From Eledone cirrhosa (lineage: Eukaryota): a stretch of DNA of 64,000 bases. A model generated the notes under the pieces. That model was not told the origin of the DNA and did no database searches. It saw only the letters and a program-made list of their open reading frames with translations. The position numbers and the translations under genes are program-made. The stretch covers positions 114,514,001 through 114,578,000 of the forward strand of contig OZ024741.1 in assembly GCA_964016885.1 (NCBI GenBank), in the 5' to 3' direction. Position 1 is the stretch's first letter. Every line of letters begins with the position of its first letter. Positions 35,500 to 47,261 of the stretch are shown piece after piece.

Positions 35500-36545
35500 A
35501 GTATCTGAGTATAGTATGACCGAAGTGTCAATAAGTTTGATTTACAATCAAGAAGTCCTGAGTTCGATCCCACTGTGTGGCATCTAGAACAAATGTCATT
35601 TACCATAGTCAGTGATCGATCCAAGCCCTGTGAATGAAAGTGAGCAGCTTGAAATTGTTGGCAAAGCTGTCAGATTGACTGTACCAGTAATTCAAAGGGC
35701 CATTATGTCACACATTGTGTGATGCTGGATCCCCTTGATAATTATGGAAAGAGTACACACGTCTGCGGAATGCTTAGGTACGTGGCTTACATATTAATTT
35801 CATGAGCAGGTTGTTCTGTGAAATTGAGTAAATAAAAACTGAGAATTACTTTATATGTACACGTGTTAGTGGACTGCTTAGTTACTTACATATTAATTTC
35901 ATGAGCAGGCTGTTCTGTTAATCAAACAGCCAGAACATTCATCGTCGAAACTGATGTAGATCTATTTATCATAATGGCAGTGATATAGATGGTGGTAGTG
36001 GTGTCATTGTGTTGATGTACTGAGTGTTTAACCCATTTCTGACAATATTTCTGCATGGCTTAGTGGTTAAGATGTCTAGCTCGGGATCATAAGGTCATAT
36101 GTTTAATTCTCAGTGATGCGTTGTAAACTTGAGTGAGACCCTATATTTCATGTTGCTCCAGTTCACTCAGCTGGGCAAAACGAGTTGCTCGTGAAGGGCG
36201 TGAATTATAACACACTGTGCTATGCAGATTCGTCTTGAGAACTAAATTAAGGGTATACAGTTTGTGGAAAGCTTTCATTAATTTCATGAGCAGGCTGTCC
36301 CATTGTTGCAACTACTGGAATACTCATTGAAACAGCTGGAGGTTAACATCTGACAATATTTCTAATGGAATACACTGACTATGTAGTATGAGTCGTTGTT
36401 TTTACATCTGTTAATTCATCATTTCATGGGTTGGAGGAAGATTGAGTTTTTCTCAGTTTCGTGAGGCTATAAGGGCCCAAGAGTGCAAAACTTCCTTCTA
36501 GATGGGATGCCAGTCTTTCGCAAGGTTGTGTGTATGTGTGTGTGT

Positions 36546-36582
<37 letters not shown>

Positions 36583-37010
36583 TGTGTGTGATGGAAGCTC
36601 ATTTAACTTTTAACCCTGTACTGCATGAAACCACATTCGCAAAGCATTCTTGAAAAGTGTAAGACAATACGATGAATACATCACATTAAAAATTAAAGTA
36701 TTTACTTTTCTTTTTCTTACTACAAATTTTCATAACTACCTGACAAATAGAACAGATTCTATAAACATTTGAATAAACAAACCTGTTTTTAGAAATTTTC
36801 TGCTAAGTTATTACAGGATGTTATAAGTTAATAATACATTATTACAGCATATCTACATAAATGTAAATATGTTGTAATAATTAAAAAAGCTTGACTTAGT
36901 GGTTACAAAGTTGGATTCACAATCGTGAGGTTGCGAGTTCGATTTCCGGAACAGGCGATGCATTATGTCCTTGAGCCAGACACTTTATTTCACGTGGCTC
37001 TTACAGCCAG
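35500..37010 (+). mobile_element. Several diverged copies of tRNA-derived SINE family 2
   Basis: TGGCTTAGTGGTTA A box, GTTCGAT B box, and AGACACTTTATTTCACGT..CTC / AATTTCATGAGCAGGCTG motifs at ~35500, ~36055 and ~36890. Confidence 0.7.
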
Positions 37011-37639
37011 GAGTTGTGACCGGTAGATAATATCAGTAATGGAAAATGGAAAGACCAATGGAAACATTGTTTCCTTGGTCCAAGTTGACAAAGTCCACCC
37101 CACTTGGGAGACGCATGAGGTCTGGGATCTTGTCGATCGATTCCTTAATATGTTGTATATGTTATTGCTGTCGCTCTTTTGTCCACAGATCAGCTCAGCA
37201 CAGTTGAAGTAAAGCTATGATCAAATACATTCCAAACACCCCCCCACCCCACAACCTTGCAGAAGACTGACATCCAGCCTAGAAGGAAGCCTTGCACCCT
37301 TGGGCACATAAAGCCGAACGAAACCGAGAAAAGCTCCAATTTTCCTCCAACTCATGAAATGATGAATTAGCAGATGTATATATAAGCATATATAAGTATG
37401 TAGTATATGCTATCATATACACTCCTATTATGCTTAACGCTATCTTAGTACTACAACCAATAAGTGTACACACTCCCACACACTCCCCCCCCCCCCCCCA
37501 CACACGATCAGATGTTCCATCTTACAAAATTTCTCTGATGCCTTGATTGCTGTTGTTGTTGTTATTGATGTGCTCCAGTTTACACCCCTTTAGATTACGT
37601 TATTAACATCGACTTGGTAATGAGAAAGTTAGTTTTTCG

Positions 37640-38050
37640 TCTTCTTCTTCGCCCAGTTATTTTTGAGATGGTCATGGAGTAGAGTCCTCAAACACTCCCC
37701 CCAGATGGTCCTGTCAGAAGCAACCGTCTTCAACCGATTCGGCTGGATCCCCTAGCGAGACCAGCCAAGCTCATGGATGTTATCTAACCATCTTGCTCGG
37801 AGTCTACCCCCGAGTCTCCTGCCAGTTGGTTTTGTCCGTAAAATCTATCCAGCGATTCTTTCCTGTGACATTCTAACCACATGTCCAAAGAATACGATTG
37901 CGAATACAAGCGGCCGAAATGGTATTCCTCCGAAGTGTCTTTGGTGTAACGTTACTCGATAGTGTGCGTAGCTCGGAGATCAGAGAGCCGATCCAGGTAG
38001 GGCCACTACTTCTCCAAATTGAGAGATCACAGCTCCGATACTATGGACTA
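37640..38050 (-). mobile_element. Decayed 3' fragment of an RTE-like LINE
   Basis: Reverse complement reads like an RT C-terminus (FGHVVRM...RLGGRLRARWLD). A related piece lies at 45850-46020. Confidence 0.6.
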
Positions 38051-39092
38051 TGAGAAAGTTAGTTATTTTACTAAATCCTTTCAAATTCTTGGATATCTTT
38101 GAATTATTTACATAAAATAATTAAAAATTTAGTAATGAAATTGATATCAAATGATATATAATGAATTGATATCAAATTGCCTGAAACCATCCCTGGTTCT
38201 ACATAATTATATGTAAGTACTGATATTAAGTTAGGTTTCAAATTATGAAAAAGCTATAGTTTTAAATCCCTCCAAATTATTGACTATTTTCAAAATTATT
38301 TGAAAATCGTAGACCGTGTCTTTCATTAGAAATTGTCCTTGGTACTGTTTGTTTTAAAGTGTGTATATTTATCCTAAAACTTCCCATCATAATTTTATAT
38401 AAGAACCTGTATAAAGTTATGTTCCAAATAACGAAAAGGTTATATACTTATATTACTGAATCTCTCCAAATTCTTGATTATTTTCCAAGGTTTTTGAAAA
38501 TCATAGGCAGTGTCTTTAATTAGAAATATAATAATGGAAATAGTAACCTTTAGATACTAAACTGCAGGAAACCACACCTGGTTTAACAACACAAAACTGT
38601 TTGTTTTTATAGTTTTATGTAAGAACATTTATGAAGTTATGTTCCAAATTATGGAAAAAATTATATTACTAAAATTCTCTAAATTCTTTCATTACTAAAT
38701 CCTTCTAAATTCTTTCATTAGAAATATAGTAACAAAAGGGTTAATGATCTGAATCATCATACCTCACAAAAATCTGACAATCAGTATTTTCCTTCCCCAG
38801 TAAGAAGCGTATACATTTCACGTATATATGCCTCTTCACTCTTCCACTGTCCACTGCCAAGACAGCAGTCATTCTTATTGACACACATTCAAACTACAAC
38901 CAAATAATTAATCTCTTTCAGAATTAATTGGATGTTAAAGGCTTCTGTTTAAAATCCAAATACTCTCAAAACAAGTGAATTTCTGATAAGGTTTTAAATA
39001 ATGCATTTATTATTTAATACAAACAAACACACACACATATATACACGCGTGCATACATACATTCATACATACGTAGGTACGTATGGAAGTAA

Positions 39093-39169
<77 letters not shown>

Positions 39170-39319
39170 TTTGTATTAAACAATAAATACATTATATAAA
39201 GCCTTCGCCTCTGTGTGTTTGTCTGTGTGTCATTGTGTTTGTCATGTCGATATGTGTTTTATGTGTATATGTGGGTTTGTATCTTTCACTGTTTGTTTCG
39301 TTTTTTACTTATTCTGTCT

Positions 39320-39846
39320 TCAGTTGTTATGTTGCGGGCTGTTGCTATTCCACTCATGTTTTCTGTTCAGGCTAGGTCTATCTTCTATTATGTGTGTGGC
39401 TTCCATAATTTGTCTGAGTGTTGCGCCAGTTCTATGTGTGGATAAGATCTTTATTTCTATGTTGTCTATGTTACCTACTGAGCACCCGTGTTCCAGTTTG
39501 GCGTGTTGTTCTAGCATTGATGTGCTTTTCTCCTCTTTAAATTCTCTCCCATGCTACCGATTGTCTCTCCTATGTATCCCGTTGTCTTGTTCCTCACCGT
39601 TCCTCTGTATATCTTATTCTATAGACTATATATCTAGTTAAGCAGTTTAGCTGCGGGTTTATCTTACAGACTATACAGTTTCTATCTGTACAAGGGGCTT
39701 TTCGAAACGGGTATGTCCTACTGATCCGAGATTTTATGGGATGACCTGGTTTTTCTACTACTTTAATCCTTAGGTTCATAGAAAAACCAGGAGCGCCTAT
39801 AAAATCCCGGATCAGTAGGACATACCTCATAGGAAAACCCTTTGTA
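39320..39846 (-). pseudogene. Penelope-like element remnant (Cys linker + GIY-YIG endonuclease)
   Basis: CTDRNCIVC...NC...IVYRI, GYIGET (manual translation near 39570), RQIMEATHI...PSLNRKHEW. Confidence 0.8.
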
Positions 39847-39889
39847 TGGCTGTTCATACAGGCAGAGAAATAAGTAAAATACTAATTTT

Positions 39890-40460
39890 CAGAGGAATTT
39901 TCAAATTGAATGTTACTAAATGGAATATTAGAACACTTCTTGACAGAGAATCATTTACAAATCCAGAACACAGAACTGCTATTGTTCGCAGAGAATTGAG
40001 CAGGTATAATATTGATATAGCTGCACTCTCTGAAACCTGTCTTAGTGGTGAAGGTCATCTATCAGAGAGAGGTGTTAGCTATAGATTCTTCTGGAAAAGA
40101 AAATCAAATGGTGGAAAAACGAATGGAGAAGTAGGTTTCGCTGTCTGGACAGATATCACAAAGCTGGAGCAATAACAAGTCATTGGTGATCGAATAATAA
40201 ACCTGAGAGTTCCTCGTTTCATGACTGTTATCTCAGTGTATGCAGCTACCCTAGATAGTAGCCAGGAATCAATCATAGATTTTAATCAAATTTTACGAGG
40301 GTGTGTAACATGGATTCCACATTCAGACAAGATCTTGCTTCTTAGAGATTTCAATGCAAGTGTGGGAAAGGACGACCAAACCTAGAGTGTTTTAGGTCGT
40401 CACGGCACGGGTAAGATGAATGCCAATGGTCTTCACCTTTTACAATTATGTATTGTATTT
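39890..40460 (+). pseudogene. RTE-clade LINE APE endonuclease fragment
   Basis: WNIRTLLD..RTAIV.RELSRYNIDIAALSET..GEG motif, then stops. Confidence 0.85.
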
Positions 40461-40960
40461 TATATGGACAATGCAATTATTATCAATGTTAAGTTTTAAA
40501 TGTTAATTGTGATCTTAATTGTATTCTTATCTACACTAATTGAAACATATCTAGAAAATAAATGTTGTTAATTTGATATATCTCCTTGGCTAATTTTTCT
40601 CTCATGTTATATTAGGCTCTGTAGTATTTTTATTTTAAATTATCCTGATCCTACACAATGTTTAACCCCTTTGGAGTATTTCGGCTCGCTTAATTTTCAT
40701 TTCACTACCGGTTGAATGAATGGCGCTGAGAGATTAAGGCATCTTGAAACAGCTGTCTGGCATTCTCAATGGCAACATAAATATCTGTGGCATGTTCACA
40801 GGGCAAAAAAAATAAAATGAATTTTTATCGAAAAAATATTCTATCTTTGATAGCGAGGCGCTCATATGTTTTTTGTATATACGCATATAGTATATGATAT
40901 CATATGATATCATATACACCCCTATTATGCTTAACGCTATCTTAGTACTTGTGCCAATAG

Positions 40961-41017
<57 letters not shown>

Positions 41018-41792
41018 TATATATAAACACACACAAGTTTTGATTAGCCTATAGATTCCTTTAGTGAGGTAGAATCTAATTCTTTGTATACTGATGTGTT
41101 CCTGTAATCAATGCTAGGTCTCAAGAGAGCTGTTACTGCTACAACGTTGTAAATATACATAGAGATACAAAAAGTGAGCTAAGGGGAATCTGGAGAGCAA
41201 ATGAACTAACATATTTTATTACATGTTTAAACTTTTGGTCGATAAATAGTATTCTTGATGCCAGGAAATTGATTTAAGTAAACCTTATGTCTGCTGAAAA
41301 TACCAAGAGGCAGTTTAGTTTAGAAATTTTCATAATCATTAAGAACTCATTAGTGATATTAAATTCTTGTGATCTAGAATATATATGATGACTTTTGTTG
41401 CGTTTTTCTTTTTCAATTGCTTTAAAGAGTTCTAGCAGATTTGAGTTATAAAGTCTAACAGTTTGATTGTGTTTATTTCTAATTTTTTTTGATCTCGTTA
41501 AATATTTGTATTATTATCTCCGCTATCACTAATTACTTTTATTATTGTATTTTAAAGTGATTGGTTACAATTGTTTTTTTTTACATTTTTGTTTAGTTGT
41601 CGCAGCTGTTTAACTACATGAATACCCAGATATTTGTAGACATATAGTTTAAACTGCAACTACTCTATCTTATTTTCTAATATAAAGTACCAGTTAAGTA
41701 CAAGTGTTGATTTAATATTTCTTTAAGGTCACTCATGCAAATCTCAAACATTACTGAGAAAATTATAAAGAATCCTTAAATTTGACAATAGA

Positions 41793-41831
<39 letters not shown>

Positions 41832-41872
41832 CGAAACATAAGTCAATTGCATGAACTCATAATCCTTTATTT

Positions 41873-41928
41873 ACTGCTATATATATTTCGATGATAGCCA
41901 TTGAATGGCTATGACCTCATCAGGCAGT
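41873..41928 (-). ncRNA. Minimal type I hammerhead ribozyme motif
   Basis: ACUGC-CUGAUGA-[GGUCAUAGCCAU UCA AUGGCUAUCAUC]-GAAA-UAUAUA-UA-GCAGU. Intact core, stems I and II present, palindromic stem III. Confidence 0.8.
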
Positions 41929-42140
41929 TAGTCAGTTATTAGATATGCCAGCTCTGTGTTTATAGTGTTGATGGTATCAGAGCCTTGGGACAGATGAGCT
42001 TGTAGGAATAATTTAATGTTGTCAGCAGGAATAGTCTTGATTCTCATTGGTCAGTTTGTAGATGGTAGTAGGGTTGGTATTTGACGTCAAAGAGGCAGGT
42101 GGTGTTGTAAAGTTCAAACCGTCAGGCAAGATGACAATAG

Positions 42141-42229
<89 letters not shown>

Positions 42230-42232
42230 CGT

Positions 42233-42400
42233 TAGACCTGTCAACTCTCCTCATCCGACAGAGAGATGTTTTCTCTTGAGAAAATGATGGGTATAACTTT
42301 CATTATGTAAAATCTCCCCATTTTGTCTCATTTCTCCCGGTTTTGGGGCCCTTTTTATCATGGTACTCCCCGTTTGTGTTTTTAGAGGTTGGCAGGTTCG
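42233..42400. mobile_element. Small hAT-like MITE
   Basis: Imperfect terminal inverted repeats ACCTGTCAAC / GTTGGCAGGT. Confidence 0.5.
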
Positions 42401-42859
42401 ATATGTATACATTAAAAAACAAACAAACATTTATTAAAATACAAATAAATAAAAAACTATACAATTTCATAAAAAAGGTAACATGAAAGAAGAGGCTTAA
42501 TAATATTCTGAAGAATGTTATGAAAAGCTATTAAACCGACAAACCCTATAGTATCATCCTTTTTTTCTTTTTAATGAATCCTCAAAATATTTTAATAAAC
42601 TGTTTGTGTTCATATGAATCTATATTCTAGATGTGAATGGAATTATAAGATAGATATTCTTTTGTCTCCTGGGTTATGTTGGAAGTTCCACTCCTCACCA
42701 GAGGGATTTTATGTTTGCAACCATCAAACTATCCTGCCGCAGATGAAAATAAAATTTATCTGGCATGTGTGCTCACTTGGCTTATATCAAGTGGCTAGCT
42801 AGTTTTACTGAAGTTAGTCTTGCAGATATTCAGATCCTTAGCATCACAGATCTCCGGAG

Positions 42860-43200
42860 TATTACTCTTTCTTCATTTTTCTAGGACACCATGGAAGCCG
42901 TCACTTTTCCAGTAAAATCACCAGCTAATTTGCATAGATATTTGTCAGATTTCTTTTATCTGGGACTAATACAAGCTCACTAACTACATCAGTTATCTTA
43001 TCTACCCATTCTTCTATCAACGGAATACCTACTCCACATATCCCACGACTGTTACCCAAATAGAAAAAAAATGCAATTTTGTTCTTTGCCCACGAGGAGT
43101 GAAACCAAGGCATTTCTCCACCTAGTCTCTTGTATACACATCCTTTAAACCTAACATCTCTACAATTACCTAAATAGAAAGAAATGTAGTTTTGTTCTTT
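42860..43200 (-). pseudogene. Decayed RTE-type endonuclease fragment
   Basis: FFYLGNSRGICGVGIPLIEEWVDKITDV motif. Confidence 0.5.
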
Positions 43201-43796
43201 GCCCATGTACACACACACACACGCGCGCGCGCGCGCGGACACATATATACACGCACATATACACACACATATGTACCCATAGAGAAATACACAGAGATTT
43301 GTTTGCAAATAATTGGTGAACAAATGAAATAAATGTCGATAAGGAACTGGCGCCATAAAACGTCTCTTATGAGTATGTGTGTGTGTATATATAAGTATAT
43401 GTGTATGTATGTGTAAATGTCTGTATATATGTGTTGTGTGTGTATGGGTGTACCAATGTTCATGCATGTGTTTATGTGTTTGATTCAACATTTCCTGTTA
43501 AAACAGGACTGGTGTTGAGTCAAAATAGTAGACGAGCTAAATCAGCCAAATATTCAACAATAAAGTAACTATCTGAATGACTTAAATTTAAAGCTATAAT
43601 TGATTAAAAACAAAAACAGTATGAAAAAATAAAATACAAAAACGAAACAAAACAAAAAGTAAAACACCAAAAACAATCAAAAGTGGTACCCAGGAACGGA
43701 CTTTCACCTGCCGAGGCCCTAAGTTTGGTGAAATGTGAGGCCCTTCTCTAAAATAATTCGGGTAAAAAATCTAAAATAATTATACATTATTACTTT

Positions 43797-44393
43797 TGGA
43801 TTGGCAGTATCGGTAGAGGGTCGGACGCCATGCTTTGATGCATAGAGTTACGGCCCTTGCCATTCTGAGTTCAAATCCCGCCGAGGTTAACTTTGCCTTT
43901 CATCCTTACGGGGTCGATAAAATAAAGTACCAGTAATGCACTGGGTAATTGCGGCCTTGTGCCAAAAGTAGAAACAATTATTATTTTTGGTGGATTGGCA
44001 GTATCGGTAGAGGGTCGGAGGCCATGCTTTGCAGCAAAGAGTTACGGCCCTTTATGGTCTGAGTTCAAATCCCGCCGAAGTTAACTTTGCCTTTCATCCT
44101 TACGGGGTCGATAAAATAAAGTACCAGTAATGTACTGGGATAATTGCTGGCCTTGTGCCAAAAGTAGAAATAATTATTTTTATATTAATATATATATATA
44201 TGGCGGTGGATTGGTAATATCGGTAGAGGGTCGGACGCCATGCTTTGACGCATAGAGTTACGGCCCTTGCCATTCTGAGTTCAAATCACGCCGAGGTTAA
44301 CTTTGCCTTTCATCCTTACGGGGTGGATAAGATAAAGTACCAGTAATGCACTGGATAATTGCTGGCCTTGTGCCAAAAGTAGAAACAATTATT
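43797..44393 (+). mobile_element. Three head-to-tail SINE family 1 copies
   Basis: Near-identical units at 43797, 43988 and 44201, each ending AAGTAGAAA(C/T)AATTATT. Confidence 0.92.
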
Positions 44394-44824
44394 TTTATAT
44401 TAATGATAAAGAATAAATAAATGATGTTGCCACAGTGTTAAACTGCTGCCACTAACACAGTGGGTTAAGTTTTGGCCTTTCCACTATCTCGGACATATTC
44501 TCTTGCTAGAATTAAGACTGAACTCCGCCGAAGATTCGCCTCGTCGATCCTGGCTATGTGGAGTTTGGAGATTATTTCGGAATGACCATGTAATATACTG
44601 TGTAGGATGTTAGCTAATACATCAACTGGGCTTAGGACGCGACGATGAAACTGTACAGTTCGGAGCATTCTTTGTGTTCTCCCACATATCCGTTTATTAA
44701 CTATGTAACGTATTGTATCCACTCTGATTTTTGTAAATTCATTGAGTGAGTGGATAACATCGAAACTATACGAAATTTAATTGTCTGGATCATTATAGAT
44801 AATACATACACGCACACATAAACA

Positions 44825-44948
<124 letters not shown>

Positions 44949-45124
44949 TTTTGATGATTTAAAAACTAAGCATGGTCGCACTCCAATAATAATTTCTAAC
45001 ATATTAAGTATTAATGATGTCGGCCCTGGTACATGATTGGTAATTTATTTTACCAACTCCGGAAGACGGAAATGTAAAGTTGACCTCGGTGGGACATGAA
45101 ATCAGAACATTGTATGAATCAGAA

Positions 45125-46803
45125 ATAATTGTTTCTACTTTAGGCACAAGGCCAGCAATTACCCAGTGCATTACTGGTACTTTATTTTATCGACCCCGTA
45201 AGGATGAAAGGCAAAGTCAACCTCGGCGGGGTTTGAACTCAGATCGTAAAGGGACGTAACTATGATGGAAAGCACGGCGTCCGACCCTCTACCGATACTG
45301 CCAGAAATAATACCAAGAGGAATCTTGTCCGACGCTCTAACGATTCTGTCAATTAACTGCCTAACGAAATCATCCGTTGCAATACTGCGAGTATGTCGTC
45401 TTGCCTCAAAGATTATTAGAAAGAAACTCCAGGGACACGTGTGGCGTGTGATAAAGTGTCTTCTCACTTTTTAATTCTTTTATCATTTTCCCACTTTCTT
45501 TGGTACTATACACACATACTCACGCACATCTGTATATAAAACTTACAGGGACGATAAAATAAAGCACCAGTAATACACTGGAGTAGTTGCTGGCTCTGTG
45601 CCAAAAGTAGAACATTATTTAAGTTACGGCCCTTTATGATCTGAGTTCAAATCCCGCTGAGGTTAACTTTGCCTTTCATCCTTACGGGGTCAATAAAATA
45701 AAGTACCAGTAATGTACTTGGTAATTTGCTGGGCTTGTGCCAAAAGTAGAAACAATTATTTAATGTAGAAATGGCTTCTACAGGACTACATTAAATAATA
45801 ATGCTTACACACTACGAGTGTATTGAGCACCTTTTCTAAACGTGGTTACCCCATCGATTTTACTTGGGATCATCATCATCTTCCTGAGATGGTCGTGGGA
45901 CAGATTCCTCAAACACTCCTTCCAGGAGGCCCTGTCAGAAGCACCCATCTCCAACTGATCCGGATGGATCATCAAGCAAGACCAGCCAAGCTCATAGATG
46001 TTATCCAACCATCTTGCTCGGGATCAACATATATATATAGTTTCAGAAGATCTTGCTTCGGGTGAAAACAGTAATTTATTATAAGTATGTATACGTACAT
46101 ACATATATGTGTACAGACGTACAGTAGTATCTATATATATACATACATGCACACATATATATATATATGTACGTATGGGTTTACCGAACATTTATTATAA
46201 TGTTCGGTTTGTTTGTAAAGAAACAGCACGAATTACGCCGTACAGTGCTCGGCAACCATCGTTGCCCTTTTGTTCAACACTGACAAAGGAACGATGTACT
46301 AATTTCAAGCTTATTAGTTATCGTCAGCATCGTATACCTTTCTGTCAGATGATTGAACGTCTGAAAGTATATACTTTCCTTATGCATATCAACGGCTGAG
46401 CAGCCTAATTTGCATATCGAGTGAGTTAGTCGGCCGGGCGCACCGAAAACGATAAATGGAAAAGAATCAAACGAAATTTCATTTCTCACTCTTAGTACGG
46501 CTGATACACAGTAGTATGTATATATATACATACATGCACGCATATATTTATGTACGTATGGGTTTACCGAACATTTATTATAATGTTCGGTACGTTTGTA
46601 CACATATATGTATGGCGGTGGATTGGCAGTATCGGTAGAGAGTCGGACGCCATGCTTTCCAGCATAGTTACGTCCCTTTACGATCTGAGTTCAAATCCCG
46701 CCGAGGTTGACTTTGCCTTTCATCCTTACGGGGTCGATAAAATAAAGTACGAGTAATGCACTGAGTAATTGCTGGCCTTGTGCCTAAAGTAGAAACAATT
46801 ATT
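45125..46803. mobile_element. SINE family 1 copies (45125-45303 -, 45548-45762 + partial, 46613-46803 +)
   Basis: Same core, boxes and tail. Confidence 0.85.
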
Positions 46804-47164
46804 TGCCATATATTCAAACTATAAAAATGGACAGAACACGTGATTTAACAAATGACTCATAATAAACATGTTTTGAAGATTATTAATGTAAATATAGAAA
46901 CGAATGGAAAAAAAAAAAAAAATTTTAGGGGACATAACTTTATACTAATGTGTAAGAGTAATTACCCTTTATATATTATATCGAATATTTACAGTTAAAT
47001 GATTATCCACCAATAAAAAAAAGAAATATATATATATATAAATAAACGAGTGGTTTGGTATTCATTGTATTATATATGTTAACAGGAACTTGACTGTTTT
47101 TGCATGCAGATGGCGTCCCTGTCTTACTGAATTTCTGAACAATATTTTGCATTTAAGCTATGCG

Positions 47165-47261
47165 CAGGCATAGATGTGTGGTTAAAGTGTTCGCTTCGTA
47201 ACGACGGGATTTCGGGTTCATTCACCACTTCGCAGTACCCTGGATAAATATCTTCTACTAT
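47165..47261 (+). mobile_element. 5' half of a tRNA-derived SINE interrupted by LINE F (3' half at 52856-52925)
   Basis: TGTGTGGTTA A box and GGTTCA B box. The sequence resumes after the TSD. Confidence 0.7.

Noticed and set aside
43797-44393. CRISPR-like or tRNA-gene array
   Set aside because: The units are ~190-bp SINEs with A/B boxes, no unique spacers and no complete cloverleaf. The context is eukaryotic and there are no cas genes.
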